From an uncultured Clostridia bacterium (GTDB lineage Bacteria; Bacillota; Clostridia; TANB77; CAG-465), in contig CALXBS010000001.1 of NCBI GenBank assembly GCA_944386605.1, positions 29,718 through 93,717 on the forward strand: 64,000 nucleotides of DNA. The letters are read 5' to 3'. The translations under genes were made by a program, and so were the position numbers. The notes beneath the pieces are model-generated. The model had not been told where the DNA came from, did not search any database, and saw nothing but the letters and a program-made list of their open reading frames with translations. Positions within the stretch are counted from its first letter, which is position 1. Each line of letters starts with the position of its first letter. Positions 52,315-62,109 of the stretch are shown one piece after another.

Positions 52315-53547
52315 TTGGAAGAAAAAAATAAGAAAATTAAATTAGATATGGGAAAAATAATAACCGTTTCTATTACAACATCGCTTACAATTTTCTTAAC
52401 GGTTGTGCTAATTGGAGCTTTGGTAATTGTTGTTATGCCAATTTTAAAAGAGGATACACAAGGATCTTTAAGTGCAAGTGAACCATATTTAAATAGAATA
52501 CAATATGTTTTAAACGAAGTTTCTGACAAGTATGTAGAGGATGTAGATATGGATACACTTGTTGAAGGGGCAATTAAAGGAATTACGGCTGCTACAGGTG
52601 ATCCTTATACAAGATATATTTCTGAGGAAGAATATAATGAAATGCAGACTTCTAGTGTAGAACCATATAGTGGAATTGGTGTACATTTAACTTTTGATTC
52701 AGAAGCGGGTGGAATAGAAGTATTAGGAATTATGCCAAATTCACCTGCCACCAAAGCAGATATTAAAATTGGCGATATCATTATTCAAGTAGAAGATATT
52801 GTTGTAACATCTGAGACTTATCAAGAGTGTGTGGACGCAATTAAAGGGGAAGAAGGTACCAGTGTAAAGCTAGTTATAAAACGTGATGAAGATATGATTA
52901 TTGAAACGCAAGTAACTAGAGAAAGTATTGTTGCCAATAATGTAGAATCTGAAATATTAGATGGGAATATTGGATATATTAGAATTTGGCAATTTGATAA
53001 TGGCGTATATGATCAGTTTAAGACAGAATATGATAAATTAAGATCTCAAAATATTACAGGTTTAATTTTAGATGTAAGAAATAATCCAGGTGGACTTGTA
53101 ACAGATACTTTAGACATTGCAAGATTAATGCTTCCTAAATGCGAATTATTAAAGTTAGTATATAAAGACGGTAGAGAAAAAGTATATGAATGTGATGGGA
53201 AAAATGAGATAGATATTCCACTTGCTATTTTGGTAAATTCTAATAGTGCTAGTGCCTCAGAAATATTATCAGGAGCTATTAAAGACTCTGGAAAAGGAGT
53301 AGTTATTGGAACACAGACTTATGGAAAAGGAATTGTTCAAACAATAGAACCACTAGGAAATGAAGGTGCACTTTCTATTACTACTTCAAAATATTATACT
53401 TCTAGTGGTGTGGAAATTCATGGAAAAGGTATAGAACCTAACTATATCGTTGAATTACCAGAAGAAGTAAGAAATGATCTTACAATTGCAAGAGACAAAG
53501 ATACACAATTAAATAGGGCAATTGAGTATATTAATGAAAATCTTTAA
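52315..53547 (+). CDS. S41 carboxy-terminal processing protease with PDZ domain
   Basis: TM anchor; PDZ (GIGVHL...GIMPNSPA); RNNPGG; SASASEILSGAIKD; GTQTYGKG. Start placed at TTG 52315, 9 nt after AGGAG; ATG 52348 is the alternative. Confidence 0.85.
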   Translation: MEEKNKKIKLDMGKIITVSITTSLTIFLTVVLIGALVIVVMPILKEDTQGSLSASEPYLNRIQYVLNEVSDKYVEDVDMDTLVEGAIKGITAATGDPYTRYISEEEYNEMQTSSVEPYSGIGVHLTFDSEAGGIEVLGIMPNSPATKADIKIGDIIIQVEDIVVTSETYQECVDAIKGEEGTSVKLVIKRDEDMIIETQVTRESIVANNVESEILDGNIGYIRIWQFDNGVYDQFKTEYDKLRSQNITGLILDVRNNPGGLVTDTLDIARLMLPKCELLKLVYKDGREKVYECDGKNEIDIPLAILVNSNSASASEILSGAIKDSGKGVVIGTQTYGKGIVQTIEPLGNEGALSITTSKYYTSSGVEIHGKGIEPNYIVELPEEVRNDLTIARDKDTQLNRAIEYINENL

Positions 53548-53580
53548 GTGTAACAAAAATATAATATTATAATAGTCATA

Positions 53581-53635
53581 AAATATGTAAATTGCATAAC
53601 TAAAATAAAACGAGTTATACAGTTTACATATTTTT
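53581..53635 (+). terminator. long-stem terminator after ctp
   Basis: AAATATGTAAATTGCATAACT...AGTTATACAGTTTACATATTT (imperfect, about 20 bp) followed by TTT. Confidence 0.6.
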
Positions 53636-53667
53636 GTAATATAACGAAAGTTCCCCCTTTTTTTATT

Positions 53668-53696
53668 TTGACTTCATTTGTAAAAAGTGATATAAT
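53668..53696 (+). promoter_or_regulatory. strong sigma-A promoter of veg
   Basis: TTGACT (53668-53673), 17 nt spacer, TGaTATAAT (53688-53696). Confidence 0.7.
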
Positions 53697-53729
53697 CTGA
53701 CAAGTAAGAGAGGCTTATAGGTGATTATT

Positions 53730-54014
53730 ATGGTTTCAAAAGATTCACTTCAAAAAATTAAGCAAGATGTAGAAAGCTATATTGGACAAGAAATTTTTGT
53801 GAAGGCAAATGTAGGTAGAAATAAGTGCATTTACAGAAAGGGTGTAATTGATAGTACTTATAGTAATCTATTTGTGTTTAAAGAAAGCGACACAGATAAT
53901 AAACTTTCTTATGGATATACAGACTTAGTAACCAATACTTTGGAACTTAGCTTGCCATCAGGTGAGCCAATTGCAAGATATGATTTTTCTACGCCTAAAT
54001 ATGTTAGACTATAG
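53730..54014 (+). CDS. veg: Veg family protein
   Basis: IKQDVESYIGQEIFVKANVGRNKCIYRKGVIDSTYSNLFVFKE...LSYGYTDLVT..LEL parallels B. subtilis Veg. ATG 53730 follows AGGTGA. Confidence 0.8.
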   Translation: MVSKDSLQKIKQDVESYIGQEIFVKANVGRNKCIYRKGVIDSTYSNLFVFKESDTDNKLSYGYTDLVTNTLELSLPSGEPIARYDFSTPKYVRL

Positions 54015-54052
54015 GAGATCATAAGAGGGATATATGATATAGTGCATACGGT

Positions 54053-54080
54053 GATGTATGCATTTTTTTTGTAAAAAATA
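54053..54080 (+). terminator. intrinsic terminator of veg
   Basis: TGCATACggtgatGTATGCA followed by T8. A second hairpin, AAGGTGTATACattttGTATACACCTT, follows at 54090-54116. Confidence 0.8.
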
Positions 54081-54295
54081 AGGTGTATACATTTTGTATA
54101 CACCTTTTATCAAGGAGATTATATATAGCTTATATATTGCAATATATTTATTTTTTCATTTATTATAGTTTAAAGATAATTTCTCTAATGTTAAATATTT
54201 AACTAATATATCTTATGAAGAAAAATATAAAATGTTACAGTAATAAATTAAAAAACATTACATATATTGTACTATGAGATAAGGAGGATTTTTAA

Positions 54296-55834
54296 ATGTT
54301 ATCTAAAGTAGAGAAAAAATCTTTAAAATTAAATAAAGGAGTTATGAATGTAGTTGTTAACAATTATATTGAACAAGATATTATTGTTCCAGACACCAAA
54401 CCAGACGCATTAAAAATTGTTACGGTATTTGCAACACCATATGTACAGGGTGTTGAGAATATGAAAAATAATAAGCTAAAAGTGACTTTAAAAGTAAATT
54501 ATTTCATCATATATAACGTTAGTGATGAGAAGTTTACTTCGAGAGGTTTGTATGTAACGCATGATTATACAGAGGTACTAGAAGTAAAGGGAATTCCAGA
54601 ATCTGCAAATATTACTGTCATTCCAATTTGTAAAAATATTGTATATGCCTTACCAAATGAAAGAAAAATCTCAGTAAAGCTAGAAATTGCTTATCATATA
54701 TTTGCAAAAGAAACTACGGAAGCAGAGTTGATTCAGCAATTTGATCCTGAGGACGAAATTGAATGTAAAATGTGTCAAGGGACTTTTAATAATATAAAGC
54801 AAATGAAGAGAAATATTATTGCTTCTAAAGAAGATACCATGCTACCAAAAGACTCTCCACCTGTGTTTGAAATTTTAAAAGCTGATGCTAGAATTAAAAA
54901 TGATGAATTTAAAGAAAGTTATAATAAAATTATGGTAAAAGGAGATATCGTTTTAGAACTTCTATATCTAAGTGATAGTGTAGAAGAACCGATTAATAAA
55001 GTGAATATGGCAATTCCTTTTTCTTCTATGATTGAGCTAGAAAATATTAACGATCGTTCCCGTTTTAACATTGATTATCAAATACAAAATTTTGATGTAA
55101 AGGTAAACCCAGATTTAGATGCTAGAACTTTGTCTGTTGGATATGAAGTAGAAGCAAATGTGACGATGTATGAAGAGGAAGACATTGAATATGTAGAGGA
55201 TTTTTATAGTCAGAAAAAAGAGTTAAAATATGATGAAAATCGTTTGGAAGTAGTAAAAAAAGATATTAATACAGTTAAGAGTTTAAATGTAAAAGAAAAC
55301 ATATCACAAGCCTTACCTGAAAATACCAAACTAATTGATTATAATGTGGATATTAGTTATTTAAATCCTACGATTAATCAAAATAATGTAAATGTATCAG
55401 GAAATATGAAATTAAATTTATTATACCAAGATCAAAATACGCAAGAATTGGAGAGTAAAAGCTTAGATATTATGATCGATGAAAATTTTAATTTAGAATC
55501 TGTCGATTTTAATACACAAAAAGTATATGTAGATATAATAGGGAAAGATACAAATATTACACAAAGTGGAAGTGATATAGAGGTAAAGATTACATTATAT
55601 GTGCAAATTACAGTAGAAGATATGGCAAATATTAGCATTGTAGGAGATATAGAGGGAAGTAGCTTAGATCATTCAGGGTTAAATAGTATTAATATTTATG
55701 TTGTAAAATCTGGTGATACACTTTGGAATATTGCTAAAAAATATAAAACAAGTGTAGATAAAATAACAAAAACGAATCAAATTGAAAACCCAGACATTAT
55801 TCATGTAGGAGAAAAATTATTAATTATTAGATAA
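54296..55834 (+). CDS. DUF3794-repeat / LysM domain protein (spore-coat/cortex-associated type)
   Basis: C-terminal LysM: YVVKSGDTLWNIAKKYKTSVDKITKTNQIENPDIIHVGEKLLI. The N-terminal repeated beta-rich region resembles DUF3794 proteins of Clostridia (from memory). Confidence 0.65.
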   Translation: MLSKVEKKSLKLNKGVMNVVVNNYIEQDIIVPDTKPDALKIVTVFATPYVQGVENMKNNKLKVTLKVNYFIIYNVSDEKFTSRGLYVTHDYTEVLEVKGIPESANITVIPICKNIVYALPNERKISVKLEIAYHIFAKETTEAELIQQFDPEDEIECKMCQGTFNNIKQMKRNIIASKEDTMLPKDSPPVFEILKADARIKNDEFKESYNKIMVKGDIVLELLYLSDSVEEPINKVNMAIPFSSMIELENINDRSRFNIDYQIQNFDVKVNPDLDARTLSVGYEVEANVTMYEEEDIEYVEDFYSQKKELKYDENRLEVVKKDINTVKSLNVKENISQALPENTKLIDYNVDISYLNPTINQNNVNVSGNMKLNLLYQDQNTQELESKSLDIMIDENFNLESVDFNTQKVYVDIIGKDTNITQSGSDIEVKITLYVQITVEDMANISIVGDIEGSSLDHSGLNSINIYVVKSGDTLWNIAKKYKTSVDKITKTNQIENPDIIHVGEKLLIIR

Positions 55835-55869
55835 TGCGATTAAAATATTATATGGTAAGTTTAAGACAA

Positions 55870-56517
55870 ATGAAAATGAAAAAGTCATTTGTCTTTCTTT
55901 TTATTTTGTTTGTAATGATCATATTATTTTCTCTTTATTATAAAACGATAGAAGCTTCTTTTATTCGTATTTGTACCTCTAATGCACACTCTATTGCTTT
56001 AAATTGCACAGAAAAAGCAATTCAAGAAAAACTTAGTCAAGTAACTTATCAAAGTATTATTAATGTAGAGAAAACAGAAGAGGGGAAAATCGTTGCACTA
56101 ACTTCTAATGTAAATGAATTAAATCGTTTATCTAATGAACTTGTGATTGCAATAGAAGAAAATTTACAGAAAAATGAGAAAAATGAAATTAATGTACCTT
56201 TAGGATTATTACTAGGAAGTACAAAATTAGGAGGATATGGCTTTAAAGTGGGTGTAAAAACCATTCCAATAGGGGATGTGGATATTGAATATATTTCGTA
56301 TTTTGACAGTGTTGGGATTAATCAAACTCGTCATAGAATTATAGCACGTATTACAGTAAAAGCAGAGATTGTAGCACCTTTTGTAACTTCTACTACGGAA
56401 TATCATAGAGATATTGTACTTGCAGAAACTATTTTAGTAGGTGATATTCCAGAATCTTATTATTATATTGATGGAATTAAAGATTTACAAACAAAGGATA
56501 TATTAAATATGGATTAG
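55870..56517 (+). CDS. yunB: sporulation protein YunB
   Basis: TM anchor plus ...NVPLGLLLGS...GP..KV...PIG.V......F.S.GINQT.H.I...V typical of YunB. The start could also be ATG 55834 (TAATG coupling to the upstream gene). Confidence 0.7.
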   Translation: MKMKKSFVFLFILFVMIILFSLYYKTIEASFIRICTSNAHSIALNCTEKAIQEKLSQVTYQSIINVEKTEEGKIVALTSNVNELNRLSNELVIAIEENLQKNEKNEINVPLGLLLGSTKLGGYGFKVGVKTIPIGDVDIEYISYFDSVGINQTRHRIIARITVKAEIVAPFVTSTTEYHRDIVLAETILVGDIPESYYYIDGIKDLQTKDILNMD

Positions 56518-56524
56518 AACCAAA

Positions 56525-56553
56525 TTGACATAAAAATGAGCTTGTGATATAAT
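56525..56553 (+). promoter_or_regulatory. sigma-A promoter of orphan gene 56594
   Basis: TTGACA (56525-56530), 17 nt spacer, TGaTATAAT (56545-56553). Confidence 0.55.
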
Positions 56554-56593
56554 AGTACAAAATGTTTAAATTCTAAAAATTAGGAGGAAAGGT

Positions 56594-57160
56594 ATGAAAT
56601 TATGGATTCATGATTTACAGAAACAAGACGACGTGTTATATATTCCTTTTGGAGAGGATGAACGGATCTTTATTGCTGGAACAAATGAAAAAGGAAACTT
56701 TGAAATTGCGCATGGTGTAGAAAAAGATTCATATCCTGTTATTTATGAGACACCGAAACATTATCCCAATCAAACATTAGGATATATTGTAATGATGGAG
56801 GTTTCATCAGATGGAGTAATAGACGCCTATTATGATAAGCAAGATTTAGCAAAGCTTGAGTTGCTTGCAAGTGGAACTGCTATTTTAGAGAATTCAGGTG
56901 GTGAAGTACATCTTAAACATATCTATTTGTTAGCAATTCATTTAGGTAAAGAAGATTGTTTAAATAATCAGGAAGTTTGCATGTTCACAAAGGAAGAATA
57001 TCAGTGGTTTAAGATTTCCTTTGCAGCATCTGGAGATGTGAAGAAAGAGCGTATTGAAGAGTTAGAACAAAATTTGATACCTAGACTTTGGAGACTAAGA
57101 TATATAAGCTTTGAATTAATGAATGCGGAATTTGAAAAAGTATGTGGTATAGAAGATTAA
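56594..57160 (+). CDS. hypothetical protein (188 aa, no family recognised)
   Basis: AGGAGGAAAGGT RBS; ORF of normal composition; soluble. Confidence 0.6.
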   Translation: MKLWIHDLQKQDDVLYIPFGEDERIFIAGTNEKGNFEIAHGVEKDSYPVIYETPKHYPNQTLGYIVMMEVSSDGVIDAYYDKQDLAKLELLASGTAILENSGGEVHLKHIYLLAIHLGKEDCLNNQEVCMFTKEEYQWFKISFAASGDVKKERIEELEQNLIPRLWRLRYISFELMNAEFEKVCGIED

Positions 57161-57162
57161 GT

Positions 57163-57321
57163 TTAGGATATTGTTAATTCTAAAATTCCATGATGTAAAT
57201 TTAGCTCTAATATGGTAGCTTCTTTTATTTCTTCTGGTGCTTGATCACTATTACCAGAATAGATTAATTCATCATTACGCAACACTTTAATTTCAATACG
57301 TTTAAGCTCATTAATTATCAT
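57163..57321 (-). CDS. hypothetical small protein (52 aa from internal ATG; 67 aa in track)
   Basis: Convergent with 56594..57160 and only 2 nt from its stop. Weak RBS (GTGGTGA). Could be non-coding. Confidence 0.25.
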   Translation of the reverse strand: MIINELKRIEIKVLRNDELIYSGNSDQAPEEIKEATILELNLHHGILELTIS

Positions 57322-57384
57322 AATTATCACCACTATATTTTTATCATAATGTGTGACAATTATCAAGAAAAATAGGAGGAAAAT

Positions 57385-57753
57385 ATGGAGAAATTTAAGA
57401 AAGATTGGGTAAAGGTAAGAGAACTTGGAAAGGCGTGTGTAACAGATGAGGAGCTTGTTCGGATCATTGGCTTACTCGAGAAAAAACAAAATTTAACAGA
57501 ACAAGAGGAGGCATATATTGAGGCAGCAGATTCCAAGTACAAAGATCCATATGGGATGTATTTAATTGATCAGTTCATCAAAAAAGTGGATGAATACTTA
57601 GAGGATTCAAAGTTTGGATCGGTTATACAGGAGAAGATGATGTTTAACTTGCAGTATCCAAAAGCATTCTTAGAAAAGATTTTGGGTGGTGATACCACTT
57701 GTGAAGAATATCAGAAACGATATGCGTTTTTAGAAGCTCTTAATGAATTGTAA
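57385..57753 (+). CDS. hypothetical helical protein (122 aa)
   Basis: TAGGAGGAAAAT RBS; no family recognised. Confidence 0.6.
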   Translation: MEKFKKDWVKVRELGKACVTDEELVRIIGLLEKKQNLTEQEEAYIEAADSKYKDPYGMYLIDQFIKKVDEYLEDSKFGSVIQEKMMFNLQYPKAFLEKILGGDTTCEEYQKRYAFLEALNEL

Positions 57754-57794
57754 AAGGAATAGTGAAAATAAAATAATAAAAAAAAATAATAATA

Positions 57795-57835
57795 ATAAAA
57801 AGACCTGCTATTTTTAATAAATAGCGGGTCTTATA
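57795..57835. terminator. terminator of rplM-rpsI (and of 57385 gene)
   Basis: AAGACCTGCTATTT...AAATAGCGGGTCTT. There is a long T-rich run on the minus strand. Confidence 0.75.
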
Positions 57836-57866
57836 CTTTCTAAATATTTGAAAAGTCTTAATAAGA

Positions 57867-58262
57867 TTATCTTTTGCTGAATTGTGGTGCTTTTCTTGCT
57901 TTCTTTAAACCATATTTTCTTCTTTCTTTTACTCTTGAATCTCTAGTTAATAATCCATGTCTTTTTAGAACACCACGTACTTCAGGATCAGTTGAAGCAA
58001 GTGCTTTAGCAATACCGTGTGCAATAGCTCCTGCTTGACCACTGATACCACCACCAGTTACAGTTGCTTCTACATCATATTTTTCCATCATATTAGCTAC
58101 TGCAAAAGGTCTTAAAATAACAGCTTTTAATGTATCTAAATTAATAACTTCATTCATATCTTTTTTATTAATTGTAATTTTTCCAGTTCCAGGAATGATG
58201 TTTACTCTAGCGATTGAAGATTTTCTTTTTCCTGTTGCATAAATGTATTCTTTATTTGCCAT
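57867..58262 (-). CDS. rpsI: 30S ribosomal protein S9
   Basis: YATGKRKSSIARV...GGG.SGQAGAI.HGI.KAL...RD.R.KERRKYGLKKARKAPQFSKR. Confidence 0.97.
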   Translation of the reverse strand: MANKEYIYATGKRKSSIARVNIIPGTGKITINKKDMNEVINLDTLKAVILRPFAVANMMEKYDVEATVTGGGISGQAGAIAHGIAKALASTDPEVRGVLKRHGLLTRDSRVKERRKYGLKKARKAPQFSKR

Positions 58263-58274
58263 TTCTTATTCCTC

Positions 58275-58709
58275 CTAAAATTCCCATTTTTCTGGTTTTT
58301 GAGCTTCATGATTATGCTCTTCACCTTTAAATACTCTTAATTTTGTAAGCATTGCTCTACCTAATGTGTTTTTAGGTAACATTCCTTTTACTGCTAATAA
58401 AAATGCTTTATCAGATTGATTAGCCATCATATCTTTATAAGATACTTCTTTTAGGCCACCAATATAACCTGTATGATGTCTATAAACTTTGTTATTAAGT
58501 TTATTACCTGTTAAAACAGCCTTATCTGAATTAATAATAATTACATAATCTCCACAATCTAAATGTGTTGAGTAAGTTGGTTTATGTTTACCTTTTAATA
58601 GTTTTGCAGCTTCACTTGCTACTCTACCAAGAGGTTTGTTTGCTGCATCAATAATGTACCATTTTTTTTCAATTTCTTTTGCTTTTACACTATGAGTAGT
58701 ATTGTTCAT
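58275..58709 (-). CDS. rplM: 50S ribosomal protein L13
   Basis: KKWYIIDAANKPLGRVASEAAKLLKGKHKPTYS.H.D.GDYVIIIN...YRHHTGYIGGLK. Confidence 0.97.
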   Translation of the reverse strand: MNNTTHSVKAKEIEKKWYIIDAANKPLGRVASEAAKLLKGKHKPTYSTHLDCGDYVIIINSDKAVLTGNKLNNKVYRHHTGYIGGLKEVSYKDMMANQSDKAFLLAVKGMLPKNTLGRAMLTKLRVFKGEEHNHEAQKPEKWEF

Positions 58710-58793
58710 AATTAATAAATCCTCCTAATCTTAAACTATATAGTTAGTAAACATTTCCGGGGTTTTAGTTGACTAACTAATGAATACTCATAT
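58710..58793 (-). promoter_or_regulatory. rplM 5' leader (possible L13 autoregulatory leader)
   Basis: About 85-nt leader with the hairpin TAGTTAGTcaactaaaaccccggaaatgtttACTAACTA upstream of the AGGAGG RBS. L13 leaders are known in Firmicutes, but I cannot verify a consensus match by eye. Confidence 0.35.
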
Positions 58794-58822
58794 ATTATAC
58801 ATTTTTTTTATGAAAATGTCAA
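58794..58822 (-). promoter_or_regulatory. sigma-A promoter of rplM-rpsI
   Basis: On the minus strand: TTGACA (complement of 58817-58822), 17 nt spacer, TGTATAAT (complement of 58794-58801). Confidence 0.6.
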
Positions 58823-58918
58823 CTAATATATCAAAAAAAGTAAAAAATATAAGCGATTAAATTATTGCAATTTGAATTGATTTATAGTATGATATATATG
58901 AAAAAGAGAGGGATGTTT

Positions 58919-60532
58919 ATGACAAGCTATGAGGGGTATGAAGGAATATTTGATATGGATGTACTTAACATTTCTGCAAGTCTTATGGACGCAAAGGAAA
59001 TTGCTAGGACGAAAACCATTATATCCAGTTTAAAGATATATGATGAAAATCCACATATGTTAACAGAGACTTATACGAATATATTATGTGATGATAATGT
59101 TGCTTTTTTGTTAACAAAAATTAGTCAAAATCCTATATTTAAAAAACATTTTCCAGAGTTTTATGAAATGAATCGTTATGGTGAAAACGTAATTAATTGT
59201 CAGCAGAATTCTTCTTATCATAAATTTGGTGTATTTAAACATATTCTTACAACCATTGAAGCAGTAGGAAACCCACAAATACCAATTAGTGATTGGCAAA
59301 AAAAGGTTTTAAAATGGACCATGCTTTTACATGATATAGGAAAACCTTATGTAAAAGTGATTTCAGAAGAAGGACGAGAAAGTTTTGTGGGGCATGATGA
59401 TAAGTCGGTTGAATTAGCTAAAAATATTTTAGAAAGATTTGAATTTACAGCACAAGAAAAAAGTATTATTTTAAGACTTATTAAATATCATGATAAATTT
59501 TTAAATGAAGGAGAAATTACCTTTGACAATTTAAAATTTTTAGCTACAGAATTAGATAATAGTAAAGAATTATTTTATTTATTAATCAATGTAAAAGATT
59601 CGGATGCTCAAGCAAAAAGTGTAGAAGTCTATAATAAATATAAATTAACTAAAAATAAATATATAGAATTTGCTAATCAATATTTTACCTCTAATGAAAT
59701 TGCTATGAAAAATCATGAAGAAAAAAGCGAGTCAAATCAAGAATCTGAGTTTGATGATATGGAACCTCTTGAATTAGACCATTTAATTAATGACATTATT
59801 GCAAGGAAAAAGATTAAATCTATTTTTCAACCTATTGTTGATCTAGAAAAAATGTGTGTATATGGTTATGAAGCCTTTTCAAGGATTCAAAGTAGTAAAA
59901 AAATAGGAATCATGGAGCTATTAAATTATGCAACAGAAGTAGGAAAAAATGAGAGAATTCAGCAAGTTTTATTTATTAACGGAGTAGAAGAATTTGAAAA
60001 GATAGAAAATAAAGAGTCTAATATTTTATTTGTTAATACAGATTTAATCAGTTATGAAAAATATATCAATAAACCAAGACTTTATGATATGATGGCTAGA
60101 AATAAAATTGTAATAGAATTTCATAATTACGAAAAACAAGATTTAACAAGATTACAACTTGTTATTCAAAATATTCATGATCATTCAGGATATGTAGCTC
60201 TAGATCAGTTTGGTACTGGTAGTTTAACAATAGATGATATTACTTTTTTAAAGGTAGATTATCTTATTCCAGATATGTCTATTGTAAGAGGAATTCAAAA
60301 TGACTTTAAAAAACAAAAATATATCAATGAATTAGTGACTTATGGAATTGTTGAGAATGCTGAGATTGTAGTAGTGGGGGTAGAAACCAAAGAAGAATTA
60401 GATACTTTAAAAAAATTTGGTGTGAAATATGTACAAGGATATTATTTCTTTAAACCTTCTGCTACTATAGATATGGTTAATCATAAGATCAAAGGACTAT
60501 TAAATCAGCCAGTGGATGATACGGTTATTTAA
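58919..60532 (+). CDS. HD-domain + degenerate EAL-domain protein
   Basis: HD: LLHDIGKP...GHDDKS...IKYHDKF. EAL domain: FQPIVD...YGYEAFSRI, FVNTD, IEFHN, ALDQFGTG, KVDYL, VVGVET, YVQGYYFFKP. The start is uncertain (58865, 58913 or 58919). Confidence 0.75.
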   Translation: MTSYEGYEGIFDMDVLNISASLMDAKEIARTKTIISSLKIYDENPHMLTETYTNILCDDNVAFLLTKISQNPIFKKHFPEFYEMNRYGENVINCQQNSSYHKFGVFKHILTTIEAVGNPQIPISDWQKKVLKWTMLLHDIGKPYVKVISEEGRESFVGHDDKSVELAKNILERFEFTAQEKSIILRLIKYHDKFLNEGEITFDNLKFLATELDNSKELFYLLINVKDSDAQAKSVEVYNKYKLTKNKYIEFANQYFTSNEIAMKNHEEKSESNQESEFDDMEPLELDHLINDIIARKKIKSIFQPIVDLEKMCVYGYEAFSRIQSSKKIGIMELLNYATEVGKNERIQQVLFINGVEEFEKIENKESNILFVNTDLISYEKYINKPRLYDMMARNKIVIEFHNYEKQDLTRLQLVIQNIHDHSGYVALDQFGTGSLTIDDITFLKVDYLIPDMSIVRGIQNDFKKQKYINELVTYGIVENAEIVVVGVETKEELDTLKKFGVKYVQGYYFFKPSATIDMVNHKIKGLLNQPVDDTVI

Positions 60533-60546
60533 TTTAAAAAAAGTAG

Positions 60547-60575
60547 TTGACAAACCAAAAGAAAAAGGATATAAT
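60547..60575 (+). promoter_or_regulatory. sigma-A promoter of recA
   Basis: TTGACA (60547-60552), 17 nt spacer, TATAAT (60570-60575). Confidence 0.65.
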
Positions 60576-60583
60576 AAGTTTAT

Positions 60584-60597
60584 CGAACAAACGTTTG
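60584..60597 (+). promoter_or_regulatory. LexA (Cheo/DinR) box
   Basis: CGAACAAACGTTTG versus the Firmicute consensus CGAAC-N4-GTTCG (one mismatch). It lies just downstream of the -10. Confidence 0.6.
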
Positions 60598-60619
60598 AAT
60601 ATAAGGAGGAAAGATTATT

Positions 60620-61684
60620 ATGATATCTGAAGAAAGAAAAAAAGCACTAGATATAGCAATGGCACAAATTGAAAAAAACTTTGGAAAAGGTGCAGTAATG
60701 AAATTAGGAGAGGTTGGAAATGTAGCAGTTGATTCTATTCCATCAGGAGCTTTAAGTCTTGATATTGCATTAGGAATTGGTGGTTTTCCAAGAGGAAGAA
60801 TTATTGAAGTTTTTGGTCCAGAATCTTCTGGTAAAACAACAGTAGCTTTGCATGCAATTGCAGAGGCTCAAAAATTAGGGGGAGTAGCCGCATTTATTGA
60901 CGCTGAACATGCTTTAGATCCAGTATATGCAAGAAATTTAGGAGTAGATGTAGATAACTTAATTGTCGCACAACCTGATACAGGAGAACAAGCTTTAGAA
61001 ATTACAGAACAACTTGTAAGAAGTGGAGCAGTAGATATTATTACAGTTGACTCTGTAGCTGCATTAGTGCCAAAAGCTGAAATTGATGGAGAAATGGGAG
61101 ATGCCCATGTTGGATTACAAGCAAGGTTAATGTCACAAGCTTTAAGAAAATTAACAGGTGTTCTTAATAAATCCAACACAGTTGCGATTTTTATTAATCA
61201 GTTACGTGAAAAAGTAGGTGTTATGTTTGGAAATCCAGAAACAACACCTGGTGGAAGAGCATTAAAATTTTATTCATCTATTCGTTTAGATGTTAGAAAA
61301 CAAGAAGCAATTAAAATAAATGGAGAAGTGGTAGGAACAAGAACCAAAGTAAAGGTAGTAAAAAATAAAGTAGCTCCTCCTTTTAGAGAAGCAGTATTTG
61401 ATATTGTTTATGGAAAAGGAATTTCTAATGAAGGATGTGTACTTGATTTAGCAACTGATATGAATATTGTTGAAAAAAGTGGAGCTTGGTTTGCATACAA
61501 TGGCAAAAAAATTGGTCAAGGAAGAGAAAATGCAAAGGTATATTTAAAAGAAAATCCTGAAATTATGAGTGAAATTGAGAAGAAAGTAAGAGATAACTTT
61601 AATACTGCTTTTGAAAAGAGTATGGGAGGTATCCCGGAAGCAGATGAAGTAGTCGAGGAAACTTCTGAAGAAATTGAGGAATAA
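60620..61684 (+). CDS. recA: recombinase RecA
   Basis: [49 protein letters not shown]. Confidence 0.98.
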   Translation: MISEERKKALDIAMAQIEKNFGKGAVMKLGEVGNVAVDSIPSGALSLDIALGIGGFPRGRIIEVFGPESSGKTTVALHAIAEAQKLGGVAAFIDAEHALDPVYARNLGVDVDNLIVAQPDTGEQALEITEQLVRSGAVDIITVDSVAALVPKAEIDGEMGDAHVGLQARLMSQALRKLTGVLNKSNTVAIFINQLREKVGVMFGNPETTPGGRALKFYSSIRLDVRKQEAIKINGEVVGTRTKVKVVKNKVAPPFREAVFDIVYGKGISNEGCVLDLATDMNIVEKSGAWFAYNGKKIGQGRENAKVYLKENPEIMSEIEKKVRDNFNTAFEKSMGGIPEADEVVEETSEEIEE

Positions 61685-61686
61685 AA

Positions 61687-62100
61687 ATGGATTTTGAAGT
61701 GGCAAAAGAAAAGGCTGTTCGTTATTTGGTAGTTGCAAAAAAAACAGAATTTGAAGTAAGAAATAAGCTAAAAAAAGCAGGTGCTGAAGAGGATATTATT
61801 GAAGAGGTAATTTTATATTTAAAAAGTATTCATTATATTGATGATGAAGAATATGTAGACGCATATATAAGACAATGTATGCGTCTTATCAAATATTCTA
61901 TTTTTGAAATCAAACAAAAGTTATTGCAAAAAGGAATTAAAAAAGATATAATAGAAAAAAAATTAGTTTTTTTGTCTAATACAGATTATGAGAAAAAATT
62001 AATTCAAAAATTATTGGATGGAAAATTAAAAAACATGGAAGAAATTAAGAAAAAACAATATTTATATAGAAGAGGTTTTTCTCAAAATATTGATGATTAG
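61687..62100 (+). CDS. recX: RecX regulatory protein (short)
   Basis: Lies directly after recA. Helical repeats: AVRYL....KTEFEVRNKLKK.G..EDIIEEVILYLKSIHYIDDEEYVDAYIRQ. Confidence 0.65.
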   Translation: MDFEVAKEKAVRYLVVAKKTEFEVRNKLKKAGAEEDIIEEVILYLKSIHYIDDEEYVDAYIRQCMRLIKYSIFEIKQKLLQKGIKKDIIEKKLVFLSNTDYEKKLIQKLLDGKLKNMEEIKKKQYLYRRGFSQNIDD

Positions 62101-62109
62101 GAGGTAAAT

